Shown here piece by piece: positions 23,245 to 36,442 of a DNA stretch of 64,000 bases. Source of the stretch: Bosea sp. (in: a-proteobacteria) (GTDB taxonomy: Bacteria; Pseudomonadota; Alphaproteobacteria; Rhizobiales; Beijerinckiaceae). Every line of letters starts with the position of its first letter. Position 1 is the stretch's first letter. Location: the NCBI RefSeq assembly GCF_030695125.1, contig NZ_JAUYTP010000039.1, positions 259 through 64,258 of the forward strand, written 5' to 3'. Made by a program: the position numbers and the translations under genes. Below the pieces are notes generated by a model, which did not search any database, was not told the origin of the DNA, and was given only the letters and a program-made list of their open reading frames with translations.

Positions 23245-24288
23245 GTGTTGGACCAACCGTCGCTGGCGCAATGTCTTGCGCCCTATCGAACTGGTGGCGA
23301 GCTGCAGACGCAGGTCGCCGACACGACCCTCGCTTTGGCGCAGGCAGCGGTTTCGATCTCCGAACTGGTCTCGAAAGGCGGCCTGGCCGGCGATCTGGCG
23401 GGCGCAACGGGCGCGACTTCCGACGGCGACGCCCAGAAGGCGCTCGATCTCATCGCCAACGACCTGATCCTCGCGGCGCTGTCGCGCTGCCCGGTCGCAC
23501 AGATCGCCTCGGAAGAGAACGACGAGATTCAGCACCTTCCCGGCAACGGCCCTCTCGCGGTGGCGGTCGATCCCGTCGACGGCTCCGCCAACATCGCGAC
23601 GAACGGGGCGATCGGCACGATCTTCTCGATAAGGGCGGCGGATGCGGGGGATGCGTCGGAACTCGGAGCTTTCGCCTCGACCGGTGAGGCCCAGCTTGCC
23701 GCAGGGTATGTGCTCTACGGACCCCAGACGACGCTGGTTCTGACGACGGGGTCCGGCGTCGATGTCTTCGTGCTGGAACGGAAGACGGCTGCCTTCCTGC
23801 GCACGAAGACAGGGATCCGCATACCGCGCGGCACGCGGGACTATGCGATCAACGCCTCGAACGCCCGGCACTGGGACCCGCCAGTGCGTCAGTTCGTCGA
23901 GGATTGTCTCGCAGGCTCATCAGGACCGCTGGGCGTCGACTACAACACCCGCTGGTATGCCGCGATGATCGGCGAGGCGCACCGCATCCTGTTAGGCGGG
24001 GGCGTGTTTCTCTATCCCGGCGATGCCAGGCCCGGCTATCATGAGGGCCGCCTGCGGCTGGTCTACGAGGCGCAGGCCGTCGCCTTCCTGATCGAACAGG
24101 CGGGTGGAGCCGCTAGCGACGGCTATCGGCCGATCCGAACGATTCTGCCGCAGCGCCTGCACCAGCGCGTGCCGCTGATTTTCGGCGCGCCCGAAGAGGT
24201 CTCACGCATCGACATGCTGCATGCCGCCCCGGCGGATGACCGGTCCGTCGCGCCGCTGTTCGGGCGGCGCGGCCTGTTCCGGTCCTGA
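23245..24288 (+). CDS. cbbF: Fructose-1,6-/sedoheptulose-1,7-bisphosphatase class I
   Basis: 347 aa with a GTG start. FBPase class I motifs (VDPVDGSANI, GEAHRIL..GGVFLYPGD). First gene of the cbb operon. Confidence 0.9.
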   Translation: MLDQPSLAQCLAPYRTGGELQTQVADTTLALAQAAVSISELVSKGGLAGDLAGATGATSDGDAQKALDLIANDLILAALSRCPVAQIASEENDEIQHLPGNGPLAVAVDPVDGSANIATNGAIGTIFSIRAADAGDASELGAFASTGEAQLAAGYVLYGPQTTLVLTTGSGVDVFVLERKTAAFLRTKTGIRIPRGTRDYAINASNARHWDPPVRQFVEDCLAGSSGPLGVDYNTRWYAAMIGEAHRILLGGGVFLYPGDARPGYHEGRLRLVYEAQAVAFLIEQAGGAASDGYRPIRTILPQRLHQRVPLIFGAPEEVSRIDMLHAAPADDRSVAPLFGRRGLFRS

Positions 24289-24302
24289 GCGGAGATCGGT
24301 TG

Positions 24303-25175
24303 ATGTCGATCAAGCATCCGATCATCTCGATCACCGGCTCTTCCGGGGCAGGCACCACCTCGGTGAAGCGCACCTTCGCGCAGATATTCCGGCGCGAAAC
24401 CATTGCCGCAGCCTATATCGAGGGCGACGCCTTCCACCGCTACGACCGCCTGGAGATGCGAAAGCTGATGGCCGACGAGGCCGCCAGGGGCAACAAGCAT
24501 GTCAGCCATTTCAGCCCCGCCACCAACCTGCTCGAAGAGCTGGAGGCGGTCTTCAAGTCCTATAGCGAGACCGGCGCGGGCCAGACCCGCCACTACATCC
24601 ACGATGCTCAGGAGGCCGAGACCTACGGCGTGCCGCCCGGCAAGATGACCGATTGGGAGCCGCTGCCCGCCGACACCGACCTGCTCTTCTACGAGGGTCT
24701 GCACGGGGCGGTCTGCGACGAGAGGCTGAACATCGCCCAGTATGCCGATCTCAAGATCGGAGTCGTGCCGGTGATCAACCTCGAATGGATCCAGAAACTG
24801 CACCGGGACCGGTCGGCGCGGGGTTATTCGACCGAGGCCGTGACCGACACGATCCTGCGGCGCATGCCGGACTACATCCACCACATCTGCCCGCAATTCT
24901 CGCAGACCGACGTCAACTTCCAGCGCATTCCGACGGTCGACACCTCGAACCCGTTCGTCGCGCGTTGGATCCCTACGCCCGACGAATCCATGGTCGTGAT
25001 CCGGTTCAAGAACCCGCGCGGGATCGACTTCTCCTACCTGCGCTCGATGATCGCCGGCAGCTTCATGTCACGCGCCAATTCGATCGTCATTCATGGCGGG
25101 AAGCTCGACCTCGCCATGCAGCTGATCCTGACCCCGATGATCCTGCAACTCGTGGAACGGCGGAGGCGGGCATGA
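24303..25175 (+). CDS. cbbP: Phosphoribulokinase
   Basis: [25 protein letters not shown], the P-loop of bacterial PRK; 290 aa. Confidence 0.95.
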   Translation: MSIKHPIISITGSSGAGTTSVKRTFAQIFRRETIAAAYIEGDAFHRYDRLEMRKLMADEAARGNKHVSHFSPATNLLEELEAVFKSYSETGAGQTRHYIHDAQEAETYGVPPGKMTDWEPLPADTDLLFYEGLHGAVCDERLNIAQYADLKIGVVPVINLEWIQKLHRDRSARGYSTEAVTDTILRRMPDYIHHICPQFSQTDVNFQRIPTVDTSNPFVARWIPTPDESMVVIRFKNPRGIDFSYLRSMIAGSFMSRANSIVIHGGKLDLAMQLILTPMILQLVERRRRA

Positions 25176-27205
25176 ACAAGATGGCACCCATGGCTCTCGG
25201 GCACGAGGCGTCGATGCATCGCGACATGGCGAACGCGATCCGCTTCCTCGCCATCGACGCGGTTGAGAAGGCCAAGTCGGGGCATCCCGGCATGCCGATG
25301 GGAATGGCCGACGTCGCGACCGTGCTGTTTGCGCAGTTCCTGAAATTCGATCCTGCCGACCCCGCCTGGCCCGACCGCGACCGCTTCGTGCTATCGGCCG
25401 GACATGGTTCGATGCTGCTCTATGCGCTCCTGCATCTGACCGGATATCGAGGCATGGACATCGCGCAGCTCAAGGCCTTCCGGCAATGGGGCTCGCTGAC
25501 GCCCGGCCATCCGGAGCATGCCCATACACCCGGTGTCGAGACGACGACCGGGCCTCTCGGACAGGGGCTTGCGACAGCGGTAGGCATGGCGCTGGCTGAG
25601 CGGCTGTCGAACGCCCGCTTCGGCGACGACCTCGTCGATCATCACACCTATGTCATCGCCGGCGATGGCTGCCTGATGGAAGGGCTGAGCCATGAGGCGA
25701 TCTCGCTGGCGGGGCATCTCCGGCTGGGCCGGCTGATCGTCCTCTTCGACGACAATTCGATTTCGATCGACGGCGCGACGGCGCTGTCCTGTTCGGACGA
25801 CCAGCTCGCACGCTTCGCCGCCAGCGGCTGGCACGCCGCTCGGATCGACGGACACAACCCGGAGACGGTGGCCGAGGCGATCGCGGCGGCCAAGGCCGAT
25901 CCGCGTCCATCGCTGATCGCCTGCAGAACCATCATCGGTTTCGGCTCACCCAATCGTCAGGGAACGGAAAAGGTCCATGGCGCACCGCTGGGCGCCGACG
26001 AGGTCGCGGCGACGCGGGCCGCGCTGGCTTGGCCGCATGCGCCCTTCGAAGTGCCTGCGGAAGTCGGGGACGCCTGGATACGAGCCGGGCAAAAGAACGC
26101 CAAGGCGCGCAGGGACTGGCAGGCTCGCCTGAAGGATGCGCCGTCTGACGTTCGGGCTCGGTTTGCTGCTGCACTCGCGGGAGATATCGGGGACGTTGGC
26201 CGGTCAGCTTTGGCGACGATCCGCACGCGCTTTCTCGCCGATGCGCCAAAGATTGCGACGAGACAAGCTTCGCAGCAGGTGCTGGACGCGATCGCGCCCG
26301 CCATTCCCGATCTGTTCGGCGGCTCGGCCGACCTGACGCACTCCAATCTGACGCACGCCAAGAGCCAGAAGCCGGTGACGCCCGGCGATTTCGCCGGCTC
26401 TTACGTCCATTACGGCATCCGCGAGTTCGGCATGGCCGCCGCGATGAACGGCATCGCCCTCCATGGCGGCTTCATCCCCTATGGCGGAACGTTCCTCGTC
26501 TTCGCCGATTACTGTCGCCCGGCGATCCGCCTCTCGGCGCTGATGAAGCAGCGCGTTGTCTACGTCATGACGCATGATTCGATCGGGCTGGGCGAGGACG
26601 GGCCTACGCATCAGCCGGTCGAGCATCTGGCTTCTCTGCGAGCCATTCCGGGCCTGCTCGTGTTCCGGCCGGCCGACGCGGTCGAGACGGCCGAGGCCTG
26701 GGCCTGCGCGCTGGCTCACGATGGCCCGTCGGTGCTGTGTCTGACTCGGCAGGCTCTGCCGATGCTTCCGAGACCACATGAAGCCGGCGAAACCGTTAGC
26801 GGTGGCGCGTGGGTTGTCCGCGAACCAAACGGCAAGCGGGATATCACGTTGATTGCCACGGGTTCCGAGGTCGCGCTGGCATTGGCAGCCGCCGACGCGC
26901 TGCACGAACAGATGGTCGAAGCCGCGGTGGTGTCCATTCCCTGCTTTGAACGCTTCTCGGCCCAACCACCCTCCGTGCGACAGGCGATTCTGGGGCGCGC
27001 GCCCCGTATCGGTATCGAGGCCGCGGTGAGCCTGGGCTGGGATCGCTGGATCGGCAGCGAGGGCACCTTCGTGGGCATGCACGGCTTTGGCGCCTCCGCG
27101 CCTGCTGACGTGCTTTTCGAGAAATTCGGGCTGACGGCAGCGGCCATCGAGACCGCGGCGATGAAGGCCGTGATCGTCTCGCGCAGTGGCAGGGGGCTGA
27201 GATGA
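25172..27205 (+). CDS. cbbT: Transketolase
   Basis: The ATG overlaps the cbbP stop (ATGA). SGHPGMPMG and GDGCLMEG are TPP motifs. 677 aa; the 850-aa track ORF is over-extended. Confidence 0.95.
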   Translation: MNKMAPMALGHEASMHRDMANAIRFLAIDAVEKAKSGHPGMPMGMADVATVLFAQFLKFDPADPAWPDRDRFVLSAGHGSMLLYALLHLTGYRGMDIAQLKAFRQWGSLTPGHPEHAHTPGVETTTGPLGQGLATAVGMALAERLSNARFGDDLVDHHTYVIAGDGCLMEGLSHEAISLAGHLRLGRLIVLFDDNSISIDGATALSCSDDQLARFAASGWHAARIDGHNPETVAEAIAAAKADPRPSLIACRTIIGFGSPNRQGTEKVHGAPLGADEVAATRAALAWPHAPFEVPAEVGDAWIRAGQKNAKARRDWQARLKDAPSDVRARFAAALAGDIGDVGRSALATIRTRFLADAPKIATRQASQQVLDAIAPAIPDLFGGSADLTHSNLTHAKSQKPVTPGDFAGSYVHYGIREFGMAAAMNGIALHGGFIPYGGTFLVFADYCRPAIRLSALMKQRVVYVMTHDSIGLGEDGPTHQPVEHLASLRAIPGLLVFRPADAVETAEAWACALAHDGPSVLCLTRQALPMLPRPHEAGETVSGGAWVVREPNGKRDITLIATGSEVALALAAADALHEQMVEAAVVSIPCFERFSAQPPSVRQAILGRAPRIGIEAAVSLGWDRWIGSEGTFVGMHGFGASAPADVLFEKFGLTAAAIETAAMKAVIVSRSGRGLR

Positions 27206-28416
27206 TGGCCCGTTTCCCAACCCTCGACGACGCCGAATTTTCGGGCAGGCGCGCGCTTGTGCGGGTCGACCTCAACGTGCCGATGGAGAACGGCGCGGTC
27301 ACGGACACGACCCGCATCGACCGCATCCTGCCGACGATCCGCGAGATTGCGGCCAAGGGCGGCAAGGTCGTGCTGCTCGCCCATTTCGGACGGCCCAAAG
27401 GTCGCGACGCCAAGGACAGCCTGCGGCAGGTCGTGCCCGCTCTCACCCATGCGCTCGGAAGCCCTGTGATCTTCGTCGAGGACTGCATCGGCGAGGATGT
27501 CGCCAGGGCGGTTGCGGCTGCGAAGAACGGTGACGTTCTGCTGCTCGAGAACACCCGCTTCCACGCCGACGACGAAAAGAACGATCCGGAATTCGTCAAG
27601 GCGCTTGCCGCCAATGGCGACCTCTTCGTCAACGACGCCTTCTCGGCGGCGCATCGGGCCCACGCCTCGACCGAAGGGCTCGCCCATGTCCTGCCGGCCT
27701 ATGCCGGACGCACCATGCAGGCGGAACTGGAGGCGCTGTCGGCCGGGCTCGACAATCCAGCGAAGCCTGTGATGGCGATCGTCGGCGGCGCGAAGGTCTC
27801 GACCAAGCTCGACCTGCTCGGCAGCCTCGTGAAGAAGGTTGATATGCTGGCCATTGGCGGCGGCATGGCCAACACCTTCCTCGCCGCGCGCGGCGTCTCC
27901 GTCGGCAAGTCGCTCTGCGAGCATGACCTCGTCGCCACCGCACGCGAGATCGAGGAGAAGGCCAGGGCCGCTGGCTGCGAGATCGTGCTGCCGGTCGACG
28001 CGCTGGTCGCCCGCGAGTTCAAGGCCCATCCCGGCCACCGCGTCGTGCCGGTATCGGATGTCGCCGCCGACGAGATGATCCTGGACGCCGGCCCCTTGAG
28101 CGTGGCCGAGGTCGTGCTCAAGCTGGACAGCGTCCAGACCCTGGTCTGGAACGGGCCGTTCGGGGCCTTCGAGCTGCCGCCCTTCGACACCGCGACGGTG
28201 ACCGTCGCCAAGGCGGCAGCCCGGCGCGTCAAGGCGGGCAAGCTCGTCGCCGTTGCAGGCGGCGGCGACACGGTCGCGGCGATGAACCATGCCGGCGTCG
28301 CCAACGACCTGACTTACGTCTCGACGGCGGGCGGCGCCTTCCTTGAATGGATGGAAGGCAAGCCGCTGCCAGGGGTAGAGGCGCTGCATCGTCACCCAGA
28401 ACTGGAGAGCACCTGA
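27202..28416 (+). CDS. pgk: Phosphoglycerate kinase
   Basis: 404 aa. RVDLNVPM and [10 protein letters not shown] are PGK signatures. ATGA overlap with cbbT. Confidence 0.95.
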   Translation: MMARFPTLDDAEFSGRRALVRVDLNVPMENGAVTDTTRIDRILPTIREIAAKGGKVVLLAHFGRPKGRDAKDSLRQVVPALTHALGSPVIFVEDCIGEDVARAVAAAKNGDVLLLENTRFHADDEKNDPEFVKALAANGDLFVNDAFSAAHRAHASTEGLAHVLPAYAGRTMQAELEALSAGLDNPAKPVMAIVGGAKVSTKLDLLGSLVKKVDMLAIGGGMANTFLAARGVSVGKSLCEHDLVATAREIEEKARAAGCEIVLPVDALVAREFKAHPGHRVVPVSDVAADEMILDAGPLSVAEVVLKLDSVQTLVWNGPFGAFELPPFDTATVTVAKAAARRVKAGKLVAVAGGGDTVAAMNHAGVANDLTYVSTAGGAFLEWMEGKPLPGVEALHRHPELEST

Positions 28417-28418
28417 CC

Positions 28419-31002
<2,584 letters not shown>

Positions 31003-31013
31003 GGAGGACGACT

Positions 31014-31436
31014 ATGCGCGTGACCCAAGGCTGCTTCTCCTATTTGCCCGACCTGACCGACGACCAGATCAAGGCGCAGGTTCAGTACTGCCTCGACAAG
31101 GGCTGGGCGGTGAACATCGAGTTCACCGATGACCCGCATCCCCGCAACACCTATTGGGAGATGTGGGGCTTGCCGATGTACGACCTCAAGGACCCGGCCG
31201 GCGTGATGATGGAGCTCAGCCAGTGCCGTCGGGTCTATGGCGAGCGCTATATCCGGATGTCTGGCTTCGACGCCGGCCATGGCTGGGAGTCGGTGCGGAT
31301 CTCCTTCATGGTTAACCGGCCCAAGGTCGAGCCCGGCTTCCGGCTGGAGCGGCAGGAGGCCAAAGGCCGCCAGCAGCGCTATGTGACGCATGCCTACGCG
31401 ACCGACCGGCCGGAAGGGGAGCGTTATGGGTCTTGA
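31014..31436 (+). CDS. cbbS: RuBisCO small subunit, red-type
   Basis: MRVTQGCFSYLPDLTDDQIKAQVQYCLDKGWAVNIEFTDDPHPRNTYWEMWGLPM; SD GAGGAGG. Confidence 0.95.
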   Translation: MRVTQGCFSYLPDLTDDQIKAQVQYCLDKGWAVNIEFTDDPHPRNTYWEMWGLPMYDLKDPAGVMMELSQCRRVYGERYIRMSGFDAGHGWESVRISFMVNRPKVEPGFRLERQEAKGRQQRYVTHAYATDRPEGERYGS

Positions 31437-31470
31437 GGCGCAGGCTCGGTCTCTCATGAGTTCGCGCTCT

Positions 31471-31621
31471 CTCTCCCCCCTCGTGGGGGAGAGTTGGAGA
31501 GGGGGGGCGAACGGCTGGGTGAGCTTCATATCGATCAAGCACAACCGCCAGCACCCTCTTGCAAACCGCTCGCCCGGTCTTTCGCCCCCCACTCCTATCC
31601 CCTCCCCAAAAGAGGGAGGGG
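31471..31621. repeat. REP/MITE-like GC-rich twin-hairpin element in the cbbS-cbbX spacer
   Basis: Hairpin 1 is ctctccccc-ctcgt-gggggagag (31471-31493). Hairpin 2 is cccctccc-caaaaga-gggagggg (about 31599-31621). It resembles the dispersed palindromic repeats of rhizobial genomes. Confidence 0.5.
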
Positions 31622-31672
31622 AAGAGCTTGGCCGCCCAGCGCTGGCGCGGACCCTGTCATCGGGCGCAGCCC

Positions 31673-32605
31673 GTGTCTGAGGATACGGACGAGAACCCAG
31701 GCGGCGGCCCGCCCGCCAGCATCTCCCTTCGCGAGGAATTCGACGGTGCCGGCATCGCTGAGGTCCTGGCGCAGCTCGACCGGGAGCTGATCGGTCTGAA
31801 GCCGGTCAAAACCCGCATCCGCGAGATCGCCTCGCTGTTGCTGATCGAAAAGGTGCGCCAAAAGATGGGCATCAGCGCCGGCCAGCCGACGCTGCACATG
31901 TCCTTCACCGGCAATCCGGGGACCGGCAAGACCACGGTCGCCTTGCGCATGGCTGACATCTTGCACCGGCTTGGCTTCGTCCGGCGCGGCCATGTGATTT
32001 CGGTGACGCGCGACGATCTCGTCGGGCAATATATCGGCCACACCGCGCCCAAGACCAAGGAGATCCTGAAGAAGGCGATGGGCGGCGTGCTGTTCATCGA
32101 CGAGGCCTATTACCTCTATCGGCCCGAGAACGAGCGCGACTACGGCCAGGAGTCGATCGAGATTCTGCTGCAGGTGATGGAGAACCAGCGCGACGACCTC
32201 GTCGTCATCCTCGCCGGCTATGCCGAGCGCATGGAGACGTTCTTCCGCTCGAACCCGGGCTTTCGCTCGCGCATCGCCCACCACATCGATTTTCCCGATT
32301 ACGGGGACGAGGAGCTGTTCAGCATCGCCGAGCTGATGCTGGCCGGCCAGAACTACCGCTTCAGCAGCGCGGCGCAGGACGCCTTCCGCAGATACATCGC
32401 CGCGCGGAAATCCCAGCCGCTTTTTTCCAACGCACGATCGATCCGCAACGCGCTCGACCGCGCCCGCCTGCGCCAGGCCAACCGGCTCGTAGCCGATCTC
32501 GACGCGCCGCTGAACGCCGAGACGATCATGACGCTGGAGCCCGAAGACATCCTCGCCAGCCGCATCTTCGCCCAGGCTGCCGACAGCCGCGTCTCGGCGG
32601 CCTAG
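31673..32605 (+). CDS. cbbX: CbbX AAA+ red-type RuBisCO activase
   Basis: The GTG at 31673 gives 310 aa. Walker A is GNPGTGKTT and Walker B is VLFIDEAY. It follows cbbLS, as in red-type operons. Confidence 0.9.
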   Translation: MSEDTDENPGGGPPASISLREEFDGAGIAEVLAQLDRELIGLKPVKTRIREIASLLLIEKVRQKMGISAGQPTLHMSFTGNPGTGKTTVALRMADILHRLGFVRRGHVISVTRDDLVGQYIGHTAPKTKEILKKAMGGVLFIDEAYYLYRPENERDYGQESIEILLQVMENQRDDLVVILAGYAERMETFFRSNPGFRSRIAHHIDFPDYGDEELFSIAELMLAGQNYRFSSAAQDAFRRYIAARKSQPLFSNARSIRNALDRARLRQANRLVADLDAPLNAETIMTLEPEDILASRIFAQAADSRVSAA

Positions 32606-32622
32606 TAGTGGAGATTCCGACA

Positions 32623-33303
32623 ATGCCAAACCCGCTGTTGATCGCGCCGTCGATCCTATCGGCCGATTTTGCCCGTCTTGGCGAGGAGGTTCGTGCGCTG
32701 GACGCCGCCGGCGCCGACTGGATTCATTGCGACGTGATGGACGGGCATTTCGTGCCCAACATCACCTTTGGGCCGGATGTGGTGCAGGCCATACGCCCGC
32801 ACACCGACAAGGTCCTCGACGTCCATCTGATGATCTCGCCAGCGGATAACTACCTCGAGGCTTTCGCCATGTCAGGAGCGGACGTGATCACGGTTCATGC
32901 CGAGAGCGGGCCTCATCTCCATCGCTCGCTGCAGACCATACGAGGTCTCGGCAAGCAGGTCGGCGTCACGCTCAACCCCGCGACGCCGCTCGCGGTGATA
33001 GAGCCGGTGATCAGGCTGGTCGATCTCGTCTTGGTCATGAGCGTCAATCCGGGCTTCGGCGGCCAGGCCTTCATTCCCGACGCCGTCGATCGCGTCGCAG
33101 CCGTGCGGCGTATGGCGCGCGACCGGGGCTTGAGTCTGCGCATCGAAGTGGATGGCGGCGTCGGACCGGCGAACGCCGGCGCGTTATACGCGGCAGGCGC
33201 GGACACGCTTGTCGCCGGGTCGGCCGTATTGAAGGACGGACCCGCTCACTATCGCGCCAGGATGGAGGCGATCCGTGCCGCCGCCGTGAACGTGACGCCA
33301 TGA
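32623..33303 (+). CDS. cbbE: Ribulose-phosphate 3-epimerase
   Basis: [40 protein letters not shown]. Confidence 0.95.
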   Translation: MPNPLLIAPSILSADFARLGEEVRALDAAGADWIHCDVMDGHFVPNITFGPDVVQAIRPHTDKVLDVHLMISPADNYLEAFAMSGADVITVHAESGPHLHRSLQTIRGLGKQVGVTLNPATPLAVIEPVIRLVDLVLVMSVNPGFGGQAFIPDAVDRVAAVRRMARDRGLSLRIEVDGGVGPANAGALYAAGADTLVAGSAVLKDGPAHYRARMEAIRAAAVNVTP

Positions 33304-33983
33304 AGTATCGCCACAAGCCGCGATCAAAGCTGGGCGCGGTCATCTTCGATCTCGACGGCACGCTTGTCGACAGCGCTGCGGACATCGCGAGTTCTCTCAA
33401 CCATGCGCTGAGCTGCGAGGGCCTCGCGACCGTTCCATTGGCCAATGTCCGCACCATGATTGGCGATGGCGTCGCGGCCCTTGTGAGGAAGGCGATCGAC
33501 CATCAGGGCGCCGCTGTCGATCCGGATCGATGCAACAGGGTGACGGAGCGTTTCATGACATTCGCTCATTCCGTGCCAGTCAACGCCTCCACGCTGTATC
33601 CCGGCACGGAAAACCTGCTGCGAAGGCTGCGGCGCGACGGAGTCAGGTTGGGCGTCTGCACCAACAAGCCGCATGATCTCGCCGGACGCGTCTTGCAGAT
33701 GCTTGGGGCGGCTGAGATCATCGATGGGTGGATAGGCGGCGGGCATTTTGCGATGAAGCCCGATCCATCGTCGCTACTGGCCGTGATTGAGGAGCTCGGG
33801 GCCACTCCGGACGCGACCGTTTATGTCGGCGACATGCGTGTCGATTATCTCACGGCGTTGAACGCGGACACTGCCTTCATCGGGGTCAATTTCGGTGCTT
33901 GGCGCTATGATTTGCCCGACATGGACAAGCCGTGTGTGGTCATGAGCATGGAGGAGTTGCGCAAGGGGCTGGTTGCAGAATGA
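33300..33983 (+). CDS. cbbZ: Phosphoglycolate phosphatase (HAD)
   Basis: [12 protein letters not shown] is HAD motif I. ATGA overlap with cbbE. Its position matches that in cbb operons. Confidence 0.85.
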   Translation: MKYRHKPRSKLGAVIFDLDGTLVDSAADIASSLNHALSCEGLATVPLANVRTMIGDGVAALVRKAIDHQGAAVDPDRCNRVTERFMTFAHSVPVNASTLYPGTENLLRRLRRDGVRLGVCTNKPHDLAGRVLQMLGAAEIIDGWIGGGHFAMKPDPSSLLAVIEELGATPDATVYVGDMRVDYLTALNADTAFIGVNFGAWRYDLPDMDKPCVVMSMEELRKGLVAE

Positions 33984-34132
33984 GTGACCGCGCCGTCATG
34001 CATTGGCCGAAGGCGATGATTTTCGATCTCGATGGGACACTGGCCGAGACCGAAGAACTCGATCGGCTAAGTCTCAACGATTCATTCGAGGCACTGAATC
34101 TCGGTTGGAATTGGTTGTCACTTGGCAGCTAA
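33980..34132 (+). pseudogene. cbbY: Truncated cbbY-like HAD phosphatase (first ~45 codons only)
   Basis: [45 protein letters not shown] then diverges into LSLGS-stop. ATGA overlap with cbbZ. Downstream DNA is AT-rich and unrelated. Confidence 0.65.
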
Positions 34133-34521
34133 TTACAAGAATGCGGCCGTTCTCGCCATAGCGTGCACTTAAAATACGAGAATCGAACAGCTCAGATTCC
34201 TAAATTATCTGCAATCACATTGTGTCGAAGCTGTTGTAAGTATTGAATACCACGGGGATATTTTACGATTTCCGGACCGAGAAGGCGTTCCAGCTCGTCG
34301 GCCAGATGGGGCTGGTTGGGCAGGTGATCTACCTCACCCATCATCCGCACCTTTGCAAGATCGCTCGGCGGGTGTGTCCTGGCGCTAGGATTCATGAACT
34401 GACTGCACGCCTGCAACGATAGTAAGATTGCTTGCGCACGCCCGGATCTGGACGCTATTCACATGCACTTCCTCGCAGAGCCCGTCTCTGCTTCGGCGCC
34501 GTGTGTTAGCGCCTGCCATTC

Positions 34522-35376
34522 TCACGCGCCATGGCTAGCTTCCTGCGGCAACAGGTCGGCCGGCACGGTGATCCGATAGGTCGGATGCAGTCGCCCGCCT
34601 GCGGCGAGAGCGCGATCGCCACGCCCCATGTCGATCTGCGACATGTCTATATGCTTGCGCCAAGCTTGAGCGTGTTTGTCGGCATAGACGAAGAACAGAC
34701 GTTTGACCTTCACGCTCTGGCATTGGACGAGCAGCGTCGTCAGCAAGTTCGGGCGCAGATTGACCAGGCTCTCAAACGTCATGTCGAGGGTGTGAAAGCT
34801 CTCATTGTTTGGCAGCTCATCAAGCGCCTCGAGGATCGCTCGCTCTGCCGACGACATCCGTATCGGCCAACGCCAGGGGCTGAGGGTGAACTCCGCGTCC
34901 GGGCCGTCGGACAGGCTGAATTCGCTATCTTCAACACCTGTCGGCTGCTCACCGAACAGCGCGTCGTTTCGCCGGACGAACCGTGGATCGGGTTGCAGCT
35001 CGACCAGCCATGTCGGCATGGCCGAGCCGTAGAGATAGATCGCCGCGTCGCCGCCCAACTGCAGATAGTGCGAATGACCGTGAAGGCCGAGGGCGCTTAC
35101 CCCTCCGACATGGAAGCTATGTCCCATGATCCATTGAGCGGAGAGCAATGGTATTTTCCATCCCGTGGCGGCTTCTCGACTTGCGCCGGTGGTAAAGGGG
35201 CGGCGGTAGAGGCCTTGTCTCACTCGCTCCAGCCAGCCCTGCTTCACATAGGCCGAAACCGATTGTCGCGAGATGGCGTGGCGCGTCATCCAAGCCATAT
35301 CCACCAGAAAACCCGGCGGGATGGCCTGGAGGAGTAGCTTCAGCTTCGACGCGCCTTGTCCATTCATGTTTGACAA
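34522..35376 (-). CDS. AbiEi-family antitoxin / transcriptional regulator (type IV TA)
   Basis: 284 aa. The N-terminal wHTH-like region (ISRQSVSAYVKQGWLERVRQGLYRRP) and the pattern VGGVSALGLHG...LPTW are, as I recall, typical of AbiEi proteins. Confidence 0.65.
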   Translation of the reverse strand: MSNMNGQGASKLKLLLQAIPPGFLVDMAWMTRHAISRQSVSAYVKQGWLERVRQGLYRRPFTTGASREAATGWKIPLLSAQWIMGHSFHVGGVSALGLHGHSHYLQLGGDAAIYLYGSAMPTWLVELQPDPRFVRRNDALFGEQPTGVEDSEFSLSDGPDAEFTLSPWRWPIRMSSAERAILEALDELPNNESFHTLDMTFESLVNLRPNLLTTLLVQCQSVKVKRLFFVYADKHAQAWRKHIDMSQIDMGRGDRALAAGGRLHPTYRITVPADLLPQEASHGA

Positions 35377-35419
35377 TATTCCATGAACTCAAAGTGAGCG
35401 CGAGCGCGGATTTTTTGGA

Positions 35420-35436
35420 TTTGACCTGATGTCAAA
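35420..35436. promoter_or_regulatory. Palindrome tttgac-ctgat-gtcaaa upstream of the AbiEi gene
   Basis: 6-bp arms with a 5-nt spacer, 44 nt upstream of the start. A further ttgaca follows at about 35443. It is a candidate autoregulatory operator or -35 box. Confidence 0.3.
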
Positions 35437-36063
35437 CGAGCGTTGACAACAGCAATCTTTTTCAAAGTAGCCGGGCCGGCTATCCTGCTGAGTTGAAGGG
35501 CTGAGATGGCGTCTCCCTGCGGGCCGGGCTGTCGGCGAAGCTGAAGCCCTTGCGGGCCTTCACCCATGCGGGCGTCCATCCCTGACGCGGGGTGTAGAGG
35601 CGGCGCTATCCGGCGGACGATGGCAAGCCGATGTCCATGAACTCGGCCAGGTCGACGAATTTGGCGCCTTCTGCGCTGCGCAGAGACGGGCAGCCCGCGC
35701 GCGGGCCGATGGTCTGACGGGCGAATTCCTGCACCGGAAAAGGTTGCGGCGGAGGTCGCGCGAATCCCGACGCACGCGAAGATGAATCTCGCGAAGGTCC
35801 AGGTAATCGTCATGCGGCGACAGGGTGTTTTTCGGCGAAGAGCGTCGTTGCCATGAAGCCAGGTCCACCGAGAGCAGCGCAATCCCGCTCTTCTGCGATG
35901 GCGTCCTGGTCCGGTTCCGGATCTTCCACGATCAACCCGCAAGGGGTCGGCTACGCGAGCGTGCCGCCGCTGCGGCTGACGCCTTCGCGGTGATCGCGAC
36001 CGGCCCCGGCCCTTCGAGGAGCCATCGAGCGGGAATTCCCCCGCTCCCGGATGGAGCCTCACA

Positions 36064-36249
36064 ATGTCGAACGATCTTGTCCTTGCCCAGAGCCACGCCT
36101 TCGCACTCGCTCGCACGCTGATGGTCCCGATTACGGTCTTCCAGATCGATGGCGCCTATGGAGTGCTGCCGAGCGACGAGATCGACGACGCAGACGAGCT
36201 CCACGTCATCCATGAGTTCGACCCTCATGATCGCCGGCCGGCTCACTGA
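36064..36249 (+). CDS. Small acidic hypothetical protein (61 aa)
   Basis: SD GGATGGAG. MSNDLVLAQSHAFALARTLMVPITVFQIDGAYGVLPSDEIDDADELHVIHEFDP. First gene of the co-oriented train. Confidence 0.5.
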   Translation: MSNDLVLAQSHAFALARTLMVPITVFQIDGAYGVLPSDEIDDADELHVIHEFDPHDRRPAH

Positions 36250-36442
36250 GCCGGGAGTGGGCGCCGCAAGCGAGCGGTCGCCCGCAAGGGAGGCTGCGCC
36301 GCGAACGATTGATCTCATTTCCCGTCGAAGGTCGATCCGCGCCCTTGCAGGCGCCGCTCTTCGCGGCGGTTGGGCTTGGACCCGCGAGATGTGCGGGAGG
36401 GACGACGCAGCAGGAAAGGCCGGACGTAAAGCGCCGGGAGAG

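Noticed and set aside
24653-27205. Over-long ORF-track models: 850-aa transketolase, 446-aa HypE, 819-aa HypF, 431-aa NHL protein, 732-aa ParB-like protein, 541-aa ORF at 45564, 353-aa ORF at 3008
   Set aside because: Their 5' parts overlap the preceding genes in another frame and lack homology. Internal starts with SD sequences or 4-nt overlaps give family-typical lengths, so I trimmed them.
26716-28395. 559-aa minus-strand ORF, and similar antisense ORFs at 26204-27220, 31595-32629, 40924-42417, 44615-45751, 57393-58361 and 59583-60752
   Set aside because: These are shadow ORFs opposite transketolase/pgk, cbbX, the methyltransferase-helicase, the ParB-nuclease, the P-type ATPase and lspA/the permease. 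Their composition is typical of antisense frames and they have no family motifs.
34150-34215. Possible tRNA 3' fragment or att site (ctgttcgattctcg resembles a T-loop) at the cbbY junction
   Set aside because: The flanking bases cannot form a 5-bp T-stem or an acceptor stem. There is no CCA context and no tRNA gene nearby.
34192-34416. 74-aa ORF as the AbiEii toxin partner of the AbiEi gene
   Set aside because: It is far too short for an AbiEii nucleotidyltransferase. I could find no GS/DxD NTase motif, and it is separated from abiEi by 105 bp. I left it unannotated and discuss it only as an open question.
35364-36116. 250-aa minus-strand ORF, plus the 35560-35868 and 35825-36121 ORFs, in the gene-poor spacer
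   Set aside because: They are Arg/Pro-rich with no SD and no motifs, and several mutually overlapping frames are open. I treated the region as non-coding or decayed.
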